Shown here piece by piece: positions 25,007-38,361 of a stretch of 64,000 nt of DNA (position 1 is its first letter; every line of letters begins with the position of its first letter). The translations under genes were made by a program, and so were the position numbers. A model generated the notes under the pieces. That model saw only the letters and a list, made by a program, of their open reading frames with translations, ran no database searches and was not told where the DNA came from. The DNA is from Eledone cirrhosa (lineage: Eukaryota), in contig OZ024742.1 of the NCBI GenBank assembly GCA_964016885.1, forward strand, positions 338,334,001 through 338,398,000, in the 5' to 3' direction.

Positions 25007-27528
25007 ACCAACCCTCTCTATGATGTATCGCATGAGGTGGAGGTTGTCATGGATGGACCTGGACGGGATAGCACATGTCTGCGCATCTCCCACCAGGTTG
25101 CCCACGACAAGCGCCAACCTCTTTGCTAGCACCTTGGCCAAAATCTGTAACTCTGTATTTAGCAGAGTTATGGGCCTGAAGTTACTTATTTCGTCCCCCT
25201 TGTTCTCGTCCTTCCTCACTAGCGTGACAATGCCCTTGGTCACAGAACAGGGAATTCTCCCGTTCTGTTGCCAGTTGCAGTAGACCGCCTCGAGGAGATC
25301 GGGGAACAAATCCGGCATAGCTAGATATAGTTCGTATGGAAGACCATCGAGACCCGGGGATTTGCGTTTGCCGCATTGGCTCAGCACGTCCTCTATCTCA
25401 GCGGCAGAAATCGGCTCCTCGCAGGACTTCGCCTCCTTGTCCGAAAGACGCGTCAGGCCGTCGAGGTATGGACCGAAGTCCACTTCCCCAACCGGTTGCC
25501 CGCCTCTTCCGAACAATCGGGCAAAGTGCCTTTGAAAGGCCTCACGCATCTGCTTAGGTTCAAGGATCGCCCGTCCATCCTGGTCTCGCAAAGACCGGAT
25601 GGTGGATTTAGTTCCACTCTTGGCTTCTGTCACGCGGGCCCAGCTAACAGCTTTGGTCCCCTCGTTCCCTAGAGCACGTATTTTACTTAGGACAACGCAG
25701 CCTTCGAGCTTCGTGTCGAAAAACTGGCTCAAAGCCGTTCTCGACGCTAGCACTCTGGCCACGTCGCCGCTTCTAATTGCCTCTTCTACTCTATCTATCA
25801 GCTCCCTTTCCTTCCTATTCCTATCCGCAGCTAGAACCTTACTAAATTCTATCGAGACTAATCTAATCTCTCTCTTTAGAGATACCCACCACCTGCTGTT
25901 GACGATCGCTCCAGTCAACCGCTCCTTAACTAACGTACTAATCGGGTCCCTGTAAGCTTTACTTGCCGGTAAGGACAAGTTCAGCTTCCAGTAACCGGGG
26001 CTCTGTCTATGCATTCTATCAAGGTTGACCATGCAGGTCACCAACTTGTGGTCTGAATAGCCAACCATGAGCATTTCTGGACAACTTAAAAAGTCCCAGT
26101 CCTTATTTCTAACTAAGAACCTATCTAGGTACGATCTAGATTGACCGCTGCGATTTGACCAAGATCAGGTTGGCACCGTCGGAAAATCTAGTCGAAATCT
26201 ATCGGCCAGGTCAAATCGGCCTTGAGGCTGTTGCACCCCTCTCTATCGGGACATGCCCCTGCATAGTCCCAACGTGCATCCAGGATACCATTCCAGTCCC
26301 CCACTAAAAGCAGGGAACGGGACGTCCCTAGAAAAGACTCCAGACGCTGGATTGTTGGGTGGGGTGGTGGTTTGTGGAAGTTTTTTAGGAGGACGTGGTT
26401 GATTGGCTTGGAGCAGGGAGGCGGGCCACGTACTCCGTGAAATTTATTTTCAATGTTTTGTATAAGTCATTGGGACGTTAATCATTTGTAAATGAGGTAG
26501 TCCCACAGCAGTTAGAAAATTGGGCCCTTCAGTTTGGACCGAAGGGTTTGACGAAATTGTGTTCATTAGTTCTTTGTTGTCTGTGTTCATGTATGTATAT
26601 TGTAAAGTCTTTTTTGCGTAGTAGTTAGTGTTGTGTGACAGGGAGGGGTGGTTTGTATATAGTTTGTTTTCTCTTGGGGAGGGTTAATGTTAATAAGTGT
26701 GTCTGTGGTGCGCCTCCTCTTCTTTCTTTTTACTATTTGGAAGGGATCTTTTTCGTCTTGCGACGAAAGGGGTTCGTCTTCATTGTTGGGTGGGAGGGGT
26801 ATATTTTCTGGTAGTGTTTGCGGTGTGTGTTTTTGTATTTGTTTTGGGTGAGGAGGGTTTGGGTGGGACAGTGTTCTGCATTGTTTTTTCACGTGTTTGT
26901 TGTTGTTGTTGTTGTGGTGGTGGTGTTGTTGTTGTGGTTGTTTTTGTTGTTGTTGGGGTGTTGGTAGCAATGGTCTTTTCGGTGTGAGCTGGGGACAGGC
27001 AGCCCTCAGGTGACCTCTATTACCACAGAGGTAACAGGAGGGACGCCTACCCTCCACAATAATGTTGAGGTGGGTACGGTCATCCAACATGACGCGCTCA
27101 GGGATTTGGGCGATACGTTCTGGCCTTATTTGGGTCAGAACTTCAATGCTCGTTCCACTGAACGCGTCGCCGGATGCCTTCCCTATTGATATAAGGTTGT
27201 CCTCGTCTAAGTTGAGGAAACCAGTAGTTTATGTTTGGGGTGATGGTGGTTATCCAAATTCTTTGGGTTTTTTTACCCATGTAGGTGGGGAAAAAGGTGT
27301 AATGTGTGGAACGAATTGGCGACACAGAGTATTTTTTCGCCGCCAATTCGTCTTTCATCAATATGGATAAACTCCCATAGAGTTTATCCTTTTGTATGAA
27401 AATTATGTCTTTCATCGCCTCTTTCAGGACCAACTTAATTTCAGCTTGAGATGGTTGTGCTGGTTTTTTTTGTTTTGTTTGCAATTGTACGGAATACAAC
27501 AGTTCGTAATTCCGTCTGTTTTTTTGGT
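25007..27528 (-). mobile_element. Tx1/L1-like LINE, copy 1 (ORF1 plus 5' half of ORF2, internally deleted)
   Basis: ORF1 CYLCGNRGHLRAAC. ORF2 motifs GYSDHKLV, PGYWKLN, KSPGLDGLPYELY, NFRPITLLN and RSIHDNL. Confidence 0.88.
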
Positions 27529-27669
27529 TCTTTAACTTAAAGAAAATGAGAGACCATTTCGTTGGTTATCCCCAGGTCAGACTGTGTGTATATTTATTAT
27601 ATATGACATATTCCTATTTCTGACTTACTATGTGTATATATTTCCAGTATCTGACTTACTATTTATTTA

Positions 27670-27908
27670 TTCATCATCATCATCATCATCATCGTTTAAC
27701 GTCCATCTTCCACGCTTGCATGGGTTTGGACGGGAGTTTTCCCACTTGAGGCAAGATTTGTTGTCCTGCTCGTATAGTACTGTCTGGCGGGTTTTCTACG
27801 TCTGGGTGCCCTTCCTAACACCAACCACGTTTACAGTGTGGACTGCGAGGTTTTTACCGTGTTACCTACACAGCCATATTACAGCGTGGACTGTGTGTTT
27901 TTTGTTGT
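27670..27908 (-). mobile_element. RTE 3'-UTR fragment with ~108-bp flanking duplication
   Basis: (CAT)n followed by gtttaacgtcc..., matching 46205-46430. 27560-27670 is repeated at 27909-28017 and is single in units C and D. Confidence 0.88.
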
Positions 27909-28323
27909 TGTTGGTATCCCCAGGTCAGACTGTGTATATTTATTATATATGACATATTCCTATTTCTGACTTACTTTGTGTATATATTTTCAGTATCTGA
28001 CTTACTATATATTTATTATGTATATATTTCTAATATCAGTCATACTGTCATATATATTCCTATATCTGACTTATTATGTATATATTACCATGACTGTAGT
28101 CAAGACACTTTTCTCTAATGACTTATAATCTGTCAACAGTGAAAATATTCCTAATATTTTATTCTCTCTTTAAATATTTCAGATTATCTGAAGCTGTTTC
28201 TTTACAACTGAAACATCTTCAGACTTTCACAAAGATAACAGTTGAAGAAAATATAATCTTGAAAATATTTTGTGAAAAATTCAAGAAGAAAAGTAATTTT
28301 CTGTTTTGTAAAGAATATTTGAA

Positions 28324-30642
28324 ATGATGGAGAAAAAAGAATACCATTGTGTTACCTGTGGTCAATCTTTCCATTCTAATTCTTCTTTACGAAGCCATAA
28401 ACATATTCACACTGGTAGAAGACAATTCCGTTGTGATATCTGTGGTAAAATATGCCCTAGTAATTCTTCTTTAACTATACACAAACGTAGTCACACTGGA
28501 GAAAAACCATACCAGTGTCAGATGTGTGAGAAAACCTTCTATGATAATTCTTCTTTAACTATGCACAAACGTATTCACACTGGAGAAAAACCATACCGTT
28601 GTGAAATCTGTGGTAAAACTTTCTGTAGGAGAAATAATTTATTAACTCATTCTCGTAGTCACACAGGAGAAAAACCATACCACTGTGATATCTGTGGTAA
28701 AACATTTTCCAAAAAATATTATATAACTACACACAAACGTATTCATACAGGAGAGAAACCATACCATTGTGATATCTGTGGTAAAACATTGTCTGCTAAA
28801 TCTTCTTTAACTGAACACAAACATATTCACACTGGAGAAAAACCATACCATTGTGAGATCTGTGGTAAAGCTTTCTCTCAGAAAGGAAGTTTATTAACTC
28901 ATTCTCGTATTCACACTGGAGAAAAACCATACAAATGTGATACATGTGGTAAGAGTTTTGCACTGAGTCAATATTTATCTAACCACAAACTTATACATAC
29001 AGGAGAGAAGCCATACCACTGTGATATTTGTGGTAAGACATTCCGTCTAAATAGACAGTTATCTGAACACAAACGTGTTCACACAGGCGAGAAACCACAC
29101 CACTGTGATATTTGTGGTAAAGCCTTCAGACTTTCTGGTCATTTAACTCTACACAAACGTACTCACACTGGAGAGAAACCATTTCATTGTGATATCTGTG
29201 GTAAGTCATCCACAAACAGTTCTGATTTAGCCAAACACAAACTTGTTCATACTGGAGATAAACCATATCCTTGTGATATCTGTGGTAAAAACTTTTCTAG
29301 CAATGGAGATTTGACCAGACACAAACGTATTCACACAGGAGAGAAGCCATACCATTGTGATATCTGTGGTAAAACATTCACTGACTCGAGTTCTGTTTCA
29401 TCTCATAAACGTATTCATACTGGACAAAGACAATATCCTTGTAATATCTGTGGTAAAACATTCACAACTGGTAATTCTTTATCTAACCACCAAAATATTC
29501 ACACAGGAGAGAAGCCACACCAATGCGATATCTGTGGTAAAGCATTTTCTCAAAATGGTAATTTATTGAGGCATAAACGTCTTCACACAGGAGAAAAACC
29601 ACATCACTGTGATATCTGTAGTAAGACCTTCTCTGATAGTGCTTCCTTGAAAATACACACCCGTTCTCACACAGGAGAGAAGCCATACCGGTGTAATATC
29701 TGTGGTAAATCATTCTCTCAAAGCAGTCATTTGTTGAACCATAAACGTATTCACACAGGAGAGAAACCATATCACTGTGATATCTGTGGTAAGTCATTCT
29801 CAACTATTGGTTCTTTAGCCCAACACAAAACTATTCATAGTGGAGATAAACCATACCCTTGTGATATCTGTGGTAAATATTATTCTACTAATATTATTTT
29901 AACTAGACACAAACTTATTCACACGGGAGAGAAGCCATATCATTGTGTTATATGTGGTAAAACGTTCTGTGACCCGAGTTCTCTTTCATCTCATAAACAT
30001 ATTCATACTGGACATACTAAAGAAAAACATCATTGTAATATCTGTGGTAAAACATTCACAGCTAGTCAGAGTTTATCTAAACACCAAACTATTCACACAG
30101 GAGAGAAGCCACACCAATGTGATATCTGTGGTAAAGCATTTTCAAGAAAAAGTAGTTTGTCGACACATAAACGTCTTCACACAGGAAAGAAACCATACCA
30201 TTGTGACTTCTGTCGTAAGACCTTTTCTTGTAGTAGCGCTTTGATACAACACATCCGTTCTCATACAGGAGAGAAACCATGCCAGTGTGATATCTGTGGT
30301 AAATCATTCTCTCAAAGTAGTCATTTAATGAACCATAAACGTATTCACACAGGAGAGAAACCATACCCTTGTGATATCTGTGGTAAGTCATTCTCGTATA
30401 GTTCTTCATTAGCCAAACACAAACCTATTCATAATGGAGATAAACCATACCCTTGTGATATCTGTGATAAAACATTCACTCACCTGAGTACTCTTTCAAC
30501 TCATAAACATGTTCATGCTGGACACACTGAAGGAAGACAATATCATTGTAATATCTGTGATAAATCATTCTCTCAAAATAGTAATTTATTAAACCATAAA
30601 CGTATTCACAAAGGTAATAAACCTAAAAAGACACTGAACTGA
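28324..30642 (+). CDS. C2H2 zinc-finger protein ZNF2, 27 intact fingers (full-length form)
   Basis: 772-aa ORF with all Zn ligands intact. Has GAG where the other copies have TAG. Confidence 0.95.
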   Translation: MMEKKEYHCVTCGQSFHSNSSLRSHKHIHTGRRQFRCDICGKICPSNSSLTIHKRSHTGEKPYQCQMCEKTFYDNSSLTMHKRIHTGEKPYRCEICGKTFCRRNNLLTHSRSHTGEKPYHCDICGKTFSKKYYITTHKRIHTGEKPYHCDICGKTLSAKSSLTEHKHIHTGEKPYHCEICGKAFSQKGSLLTHSRIHTGEKPYKCDTCGKSFALSQYLSNHKLIHTGEKPYHCDICGKTFRLNRQLSEHKRVHTGEKPHHCDICGKAFRLSGHLTLHKRTHTGEKPFHCDICGKSSTNSSDLAKHKLVHTGDKPYPCDICGKNFSSNGDLTRHKRIHTGEKPYHCDICGKTFTDSSSVSSHKRIHTGQRQYPCNICGKTFTTGNSLSNHQNIHTGEKPHQCDICGKAFSQNGNLLRHKRLHTGEKPHHCDICSKTFSDSASLKIHTRSHTGEKPYRCNICGKSFSQSSHLLNHKRIHTGEKPYHCDICGKSFSTIGSLAQHKTIHSGDKPYPCDICGKYYSTNIILTRHKLIHTGEKPYHCVICGKTFCDPSSLSSHKHIHTGHTKEKHHCNICGKTFTASQSLSKHQTIHTGEKPHQCDICGKAFSRKSSLSTHKRLHTGKKPYHCDFCRKTFSCSSALIQHIRSHTGEKPCQCDICGKSFSQSSHLMNHKRIHTGEKPYPCDICGKSFSYSSSLAKHKPIHNGDKPYPCDICDKTFTHLSTLSTHKHVHAGHTEGRQYHCNICDKSFSQNSNLLNHKRIHKGNKPKKTLN

Positions 30643-31028
30643 GAGGAATAACGTCAAGACACTCCAAACTCTGTCACAGACATGTTTTCACTTCTCTCTG
30701 CTTTTTCTACCACAACTCCAGTGGCCTCTGTTCTCATACGTGGCTACTTTTGTAACAACTCTACTGAAGTTCTCCTAACGTACTTAAGTCACATGTCACT
30801 TCTGATATTGCCTGCCAACACTACCTACTTACACTGTATAATCAACATCATTTTCCATTGACTGTTCTATGCTGGCATGGGTTGGATGGGACTTTATGAG
30901 GCAATGTTTTACAGCTACCAATCTTTCAGTCACTTCCTATGGCATGCAGGTATATGGTCTACATATTCTAAACCGGATACACTAATTTTGTCACTGTTGT
31001 GCAATGTTTTTTTAATTATTTTGAATAA

Positions 31029-32235
31029 AAACCACCTGATCGCCTATAGATCCAGGGAGCATTCTAGTCAGATAGATTTTATCCTTACCCAGAGGACGTG
31101 ATAAATGAATGGTTGTAAACATGAAAGCCTTCCTCGGTGAAGAATGTGCCTCCCAACAGAATTTAGTAGTCAACGACCTCATTGTCAGAGCTAGACAAAT
31201 TTGGAAACAGAAGACAACATGGAGAAGAAAGGTCTGGAAGCTGAAAGAGCCATAACCACGTGTATTGTAAATGAAGAAATACTAGATGGTGTCGTACTGA
31301 ATGATAGGTGCAGCAGTATCATTGTCAACTGCTACAAGTGTAAAGGAGACGTACTAGATAGAGGCATCAAGGTAATGAACCAGATCTTGAAAGTAATAGA
31401 GAGAGTTATTGCACAACTGATTAGGGACCGGGTAAATCTAGACGAGATGCAATTCGGATTTGTACAGGCAAAAGCATCACAGATGCTCTCTGCTTTGTGA
31501 GGCAGTTACAGGATAAGTACCAAGCTAAAAGTAAGCCGCTCTACCTGGCATTTGTCGACCTGGAAAAAGTATTCGACAGAGTGACCTGTGCCGTATTCTG
31601 GTGGGCCCTTAGAAAACTAGGAGTAGATGAGTTGCTTCTGAAGGCAGTACAGGCCATGTATAGTAGAGCAGTTAGCAAAGTTAGGATTAACACTGAGTTT
31701 AGTGAGAAATTTAGCGTACAGGGTGGCGTCCATCAGAGCTGTGTTCTTAGACCTTTCCTGTTTATCATACTACAGGCTGTAACAGGAGTTTAAGACAAGC
31801 AGCCCATGGGAACTCCTGTATGTGGATGATCTTACAGACATAGCAGAATCTATAGTGGAACTAGAGAAGAAATTCGAAAGATGGAAGCAGTGCCTTGAAA
31901 GAAGGAATCTGAAAGTCTACTTGACAAAGACTAAGGTCCTAGTAAGTAGAAGAGAAAACAGATCAGTGATCTCGTCAGGGAAATGGCCTTGCTTTATATG
32001 TAGGAAATGTGTAGGTACGGATTCCATCTGTCCCAAATGCAAACTGAGTATACGAGAGATGTAGTGGGATCTGAAGAAGTTTAGCTAAGAATGTAGGCTT
32101 TACATGTAGCAGTTGCACTGGGTCAATGAGCAGCAAAAGACCATAGGAAACAAACGTTATCAAATTCTGGGAAGGCTCAGAAGTAACAGTAGACAGCTTC
32201 TGCTACCTGGGTGACCAAATTAGCAGTGGAGGTGT
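31029..32235 (+). mobile_element. Older RTE remnant downstream of ZNF2
   Basis: Paralog of 7388-9140 without the 553-bp insert. Confidence 0.9.
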
Positions 32236-33439
32236 ATTCTCACTCAGTGGTAATTATTCAAGTAAAATGTCCATTTATCATTTGTGATTGAATAGTGTGT
32301 TATTGGCTACCAAGATAATACAGATTATGGTTGCCTATCAATTTGAAATAATACACAGAAACGAACCAGGTCTTGAAAGCAACAGAGAGAGTTGTTGCAT
32401 AACTGATTAGGGACCGGGGAAATCTAGACGAGATGCAATTTGGATTTGTACAGGCAAAAGCATCGCAGATGCTCTCTGCTTTGTGAGACAGTTACAGGAT
32501 AAGTACCAAGCTAAAAGTAACCCGCTCTACCTGGCATTTGTCGACCTTATTCAAGTAAAATGTCCATTGATCGTTTGTGATTGAATAGTGTGTTATTGGC
32601 TACCAAGATAATACAAATTATGGATGCCTACCAACTGGAAATAATACACAGAAATGTATTGATGTCAAGTGAGATCTGATGGGCAAATACATTTAATGGA
32701 TGGCTTCTTGACGAAAAACTCGTTATAGCTGATGATGGTAAATTATTAAATGGTGATTTTTGAATATCAAGCCAAATTTGCAAACTACAATTTCTAAAAC
32801 ATACTAAAATATCCAAATATGGTCCATGTAGTGGATAGATGTATTCTTTTCAGGATGAAAATTCACTTATTGGTACATTGAATATTAAGTAATAAAATTG
32901 TGACATCAATTATCACTACATTATTTTCTTACTAACTACTTCGAGCTAGCGTGTATGCATGTATCAATAAAACGATACAATAGAAGTGAAATGACAGGAA
33001 GCCGAAAGGATAGATAAATTGTAGTAGTGAAATATATAATGAAACCTACTATGTGTGTGTGTTTGTTTATCCTTAGTTTACGTTGCCCCTGTAGTTGGTC
33101 AATCTGCTGAGCTGGTATGATATGTGAATGATACATTGATAGTGAATGGCTACATTGTTAACCTCTCATAGACTGCTGCTTCGGGATCTCTGGTGGACCC
33201 TTTAAGTACTTGTCTTGCCATTAAGACTTGATTGAAGTTTTGATTCAAGTGGAGTTGATCTGGGTAAAGTGGGTTATACCCAAGAATGTGGGTTAAGCCT
33301 GTTAGATAAGTTTTGGGCAAAACAATTCATACCAACTCAAATTTGATATTGACAAAAAGAAAAAAAACAATTGAAGATATCTATTGAACTTTAAAAAATA
33401 GTTATTTGTCAATCTGAGTTACAAAACCTTGTTTAAATC

Positions 33440-34479
33440 ATCATTTGTCCAAGGTGGTTCAACTAGTCATGTTCCGAATAATCATCTGAGCAATGCTGCA
33501 AAAGTATCTTTGCAGTTTCTTTCTGTGATTCTTTCTCCACCAAAGAGTACACAGCAGTCTGGATCAAGTTGGAGGTTGGCATAAGAATGGGCAATCTCAC
33601 CTACGTGTTGGCAATGGAGGTCATCCTGAGGGTAGCAATGTGTTGGTCAGGTACAACAGTGCTTGGAGAGGGATTTCGAATAGATCCTCCAAAAGCCTTC
33701 ATGGACGATGCTACAGTCCTTGCCACAAAGGAAGATGAAACACGTAGGCAAGGACTGGCTGTATAAAAATGGAATGGTCGTTAGAGGTCAGTGGAATGAT
33801 GATTAGAGGTATAAATTTAGAGGTGAAGAAACTAGAGAATTCCAGACGGCAGTACAGCAGAGTCATCGGGGTCTGGATGGTTTGTGGTGTAAGGCATCTC
33901 TCAGAATCATTTCGAATATGAATTTAGTGAAGTGGGGGTAATCAGATAGACTCGAGTACACACTCTGCCAGGGTAGACAGATAGTGGAACACATTCTGAG
34001 CTCATGCAGAGTAGCACTAGCGCAAGGTAGATGCATGTGGAGACACAATTAAGTAGGTAAGAAAATTGTACATGTCATAAGTACGACAAAAACAAAATCC
34101 ATTGTACGAGAATCTCCAACATCATTCTATATGGCAGGAGGCAGCAAATCAAGGCTAGGAACAGCTATGCCATACAGGGTACAAGAATCAAGTTTTCTGA
34201 ATTGTACGTATGACTGGCTGGATGTGTACATCAGGCCTCCTAGGGTCAGCAAAGCAAACAGAAGTCATCAGAAAGAATGGTTTGAGGCCGGATATCATAT
34301 TCCATTCAAATTCATCAAAACAGCTGATTTTGATTGAACTGACCATGTCATTTAAAAGTAGAATAGAAGAAGCACACATGTTCAAGACCGAAGGATACGC
34401 CAGTTTGGTCAACAGACTGAGAAATGCTGACTTCCGAGTCAGGATGAGGAGGATCAAAAGCGGCCTCCATCCCGTTTGA
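33440..34479 (+). mobile_element. HERO-like RLE LINE remnant, copy C
   Basis: AFMDDATV and LRPDIIF..LILIELT motifs, with an extra internal deletion. Confidence 0.8.
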
Positions 34480-35060
34480 GGGCACAGTGTTTGTATTTTA
34501 CACAGACTAAGTGAAATAAATGAGTGCGCCGTGTTTTGTAGTGGTGGCGGTGATACTGTTGACTCTCCGCCACCATGAGCTACGCTAGAAAACGTTTAAA
34601 CATAAATTTGAAATCAGAGGCAACGGAGAGGAAAACCAGCTAGATCCTGTTATCAAAATCACAAAGCGGTGTAAATACACAGAAAGTCTTCGTTACCAGA
34701 ATGGCACCCAGGAGCCATGATGCGGTCTGGTCCTTGTAGAGCGTAAGAAGTTAAGGGCAGAAGCTAATGCTCGTGGGGGTCTGTGAAGACCTGCTCTCCT
34801 AAGAGTTTCTTACCACCACCCAGACCCTTCGCCCGACCCCCATTTACATAATTCTCTGCCTTACATCTTCACATGTCTGACTCTCGTTTCTGGGTACACC
34901 AAACTATCCTTTTCTCTCACTACGTTATGCAATTACTCTTTCTCTCTCTCTCACTTTTCCACCCTTACATTTCATACACGATACTCCTTTCTTATTACTT
35001 CACACTTTCCTCCTTTCTCTTTTTTCTCCCTCACCTTATTTACTGCGGAATTATATGTTT

Positions 35061-35268
35061 ATTTACTTCCGCCCGCCATTACATTTCCTTAATTCTCAGT
35101 CAAAATATTTTGGCCTGAAATTTTACATCTTTTCCCTTCTCACCTTTCTGATATAAAGTATCTTTATCTGAAATATATTATCTGTCCCACACGGAACATA
35201 TGAGATTAACAATAGAGAAATATTTGAATTGAAAAACTATCGGAGGAACATACGAAGAAGAGGTAAGT
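35061..35268 (+). promoter_or_regulatory. Candidate distal promoter and first exon, unit C
   Basis: ACTTCCGCCCGCCATT at 35065, TCAGTC at about 35096 and donor GAG|GTAAGT at 35263. Confidence 0.45.
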
Positions 35269-36199
35269 AATTTTGAAAGAATTTATTTGTGAAATTTTAT
35301 TAATAAACGTGAATTGTTGGTGATATTCTGTGTAACTTACAACATATAAATATATATGAATAAATAATCTACAAACGATCAACGTGACAACATCTGTTTA
35401 ATTAACAAAATTACATTTGTTCCACCTCGACTCTATTTTATCAACATTGGCCGCCAATTATGTTATTAAACCAACTCCTTTCTCTTCCCAATTGTCCTAT
35501 TTATAGGATATTATATTATATGTCAGTTAAATTTGTAGAAACTACAGGCGATTTTGTGGTAATTGGCAAAGAAAACTCCGGGAGAGGGATAAATGCCCCC
35601 TCCCCTCGGAATACGAGGGGGGGGGTGCAGTTATCCCTCGGATCTGTCCTTAGCAGCTTATTTGCGGGTAGGACACGCCCCCTCCCCCTACCCCCCAAAA
35701 GAACACGGGGATTGAAATGGTAAAGAAAAACTACATAAGGGTAATAAATTCGAAGACCTCCATTTTCCAGGGGAAAAAGTCTACATGACAACATTAGGGA
35801 GTTAAGTTCAATTGATAGAGCACGAAGGAAAACAAATTATCTACTGAAATCGGTGGGGATATCTTAATATAGATCTACCCTATATCATTCTAAAATAACA
35901 GGAATTATCGGCAAACTATTTTTTTAGCCTGTCACATTTTAATTTAATTTGGTGAGCTAGACCTCTGACTACGAGGTTCTTGTCACTGTTAGTGGCTCAC
36001 CTTATTTAATGTATTAAGTGATGTTCACGTGGTTTCCCGGTTATTCTAGCGGCAATACTCCTGTTTTGTTGACTTGCCTGAAAAGTTATTAGAGGGAAAA
36101 TTCCAGTCCCTTTTGTGCTGGGTTGAGTGCCCTAACCACCCGCCCCTTTATATATTTATACATAAGAATTTGACACAGTTCAGTTTATGCAAACAAAGA

Positions 36200-37540
36200 A
36201 AGCTGGAACTGGTGCATAGCCCCACAACCCTGACACCGATCACCGCAGTTCCTTGCACTAGTTTTTGGTACTGCTATGAGTTCATTGTCACACATTTTCT
36301 GTGCCCTCCATCACTGACAGTCCTGTGCCAGCCCTTCTGCATTCTCCAAATGAAGTCGAGCTTCTGGAGATCTTCCTTAATCACATCTAGCCATTTTGTG
36401 CAGGCCTCTTCCAACCCTCAGCTGCTGCATTAAACGAGAGTAAGGCACTTCTAATATGATCTGGCAGAAGACAGACAACGTGTGTACCAACGCATGCAGC
36501 AGATGTCTCTGAGAGAGGGGGATTTCAGGCTGATGTGTGTGTGCATGCAACTGTTAATCCTTTTAGTGAGGGGCTACGTTTCTGTTCCATAGTGAACAGA
36601 CCGAAGCATTGTAGATATGGAGCTTCGTCTTCCAGAACATAGAGCAGTGGTATGAGGCTTCTGTAGGGAATGCATAAACCCGATGGCTAGATCACATCTG
36701 CAGTTGATATCAATGGAGTCAGGTCTTCAATGTTGGTGATTGTGGAGTCCAGGTTAATGTAGGAGCTGATGAACTCCACAATGCTGGGGGGCCAGTATGA
36801 AGCAGGGGAGGGTGTGGGTCTTCGCCCAGGTCACTTGAAGCCCAAACTTTGCCAATTCCTTCCTGAGCTGGTTGATCGAGTTGGTGAATAAGGGTGTTCC
36901 AGAAAGCAATGCCAGAAACTCGTTCACAGACCTTTGGCATCAGATAGTCGATGTCACCGTTGAAGACATCAGAGGCAAACATGCCCTTTCTGAAACTGCT
37001 GTTGATGGGAACCAAAGATGGAGTTCTTCCCGTTCATCCACATGCAACTCTTGGCACTGCTATGGAACTGTTGGAGCAGGGTGGTGTGCCGATGAGGCTG
37101 AGAATTTTCAAGAAGGATGCGTGGTCGACCATGTCGAAAACTGCGTTGTGTCAGCGAAAGAAACATATAGGTCCTGATGTTTGTGGAATTCCCAAAGTCT
37201 ATTAATAATGAAACGGAGGATTGAAATGTGGGTCGGTGGTAGATCAATTTGGCAGGAATCTGGCTTGTTGTAGGTGACGTCTGCTTCTAATGGCTGGAAG
37301 AGAATGGCTGAGAAGGATCTTGGTGAAGGGCTTGCTCAGGTTAGGGAAGAGGGTGATTCCCGTGTGGTTGTTACAGATGAGTTTGTCACCCTTCCATTTC
37401 CAGAAAGGGAGGATGATGCCCCACTGTCCAGTCATTTGTGAGCTGCTCCGACACCTATATATAGTTGATGATGCGTGAGACTCACTGGTTCATTATCTCC
37501 ATCCTCCTTCAACATCTCCACAGCAGATTCCAAGGAGTTT
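36200..37540 (-). mobile_element. Old RTE-clade remnant, copy C (longest)
   Basis: Adds GIILPFWKWKGDKLICNNHTGITLF..QQARFLPN (RT domains 1-2) to the shared block. Confidence 0.75.
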
Positions 37541-38361
37541 GCGGTTGTTGAGTAACAACAAGTTACCATTGTTCAGTTTGTACATTTCTAAGACAGCCAA
37601 TGTGAATGCATTTAAATGAAGGAAACAAAGAAAATAAAAAAAAGAATCTTATCAACGAATTCCCTAGGGAGATAAAAGAAAAATGAAAGAAATCAAAGAA
37701 AATGAAAATAAGGGCAACGTCAAGTATGAGAACAGTTACAAGAACAACTTTCAATGGTGATGAAAGGTGTGGGTGTATACTTATACATACATACATACGA
37801 ACATACAGATGCATGCATATGTACATACATACATACACATATATACCCACACAGGCCAGCATTGTTGTTTGATGAGGTTTAAAAACTGGTAGTTAATCTC
37901 TATACGTAATAAAATCTGGAGACAAAATTCTCTCCTTAACAAAAAAACATACAACATGTCAACATCCTTATAGATACATATACACACACTTAAATATAAA
38001 TGCATGCATATATACAAATGTATAAATGTATAGCTATATACATATGTAAATGTATGTATGTATTTAGATTTATATATATGTAATACACACACACATATAC
38101 ATATATATTTTTGTTTTTCCGTGTGGTCTACCTCTGGTGGTAGGGTCCGTACTGTAGATAGAACTCAATGTAATCCAGTAAAATCCATAGAGAAGTTCTG
38201 TGTTTCACTGAGTTAATTCTTTACATACAGTCAGATATTAGGTATTAAGTTAACAATGAAAATAAAAACAACAAAGTTATAATGTAACTTTACTTTGTTC
38301 TTTTTATTTTCATTGTTAATTTAATACCATATACATATATACATATATATATATATATATG

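Larger units (their letters stand above)
10860..33209 (+). repeat. Unit B, expanded by nested TEs
   Basis: Collinear with unit A outside the insertions at about 13540-15450 and 17245-27910. Confidence 0.9.

Noticed and set aside
37563-38092. ORFs rich in C/V/Y/M (also 18495-19027, 26697-26987, 54436-54870)
   Set aside because: Translations of microsatellite, minisatellite or antisense low-complexity DNA.
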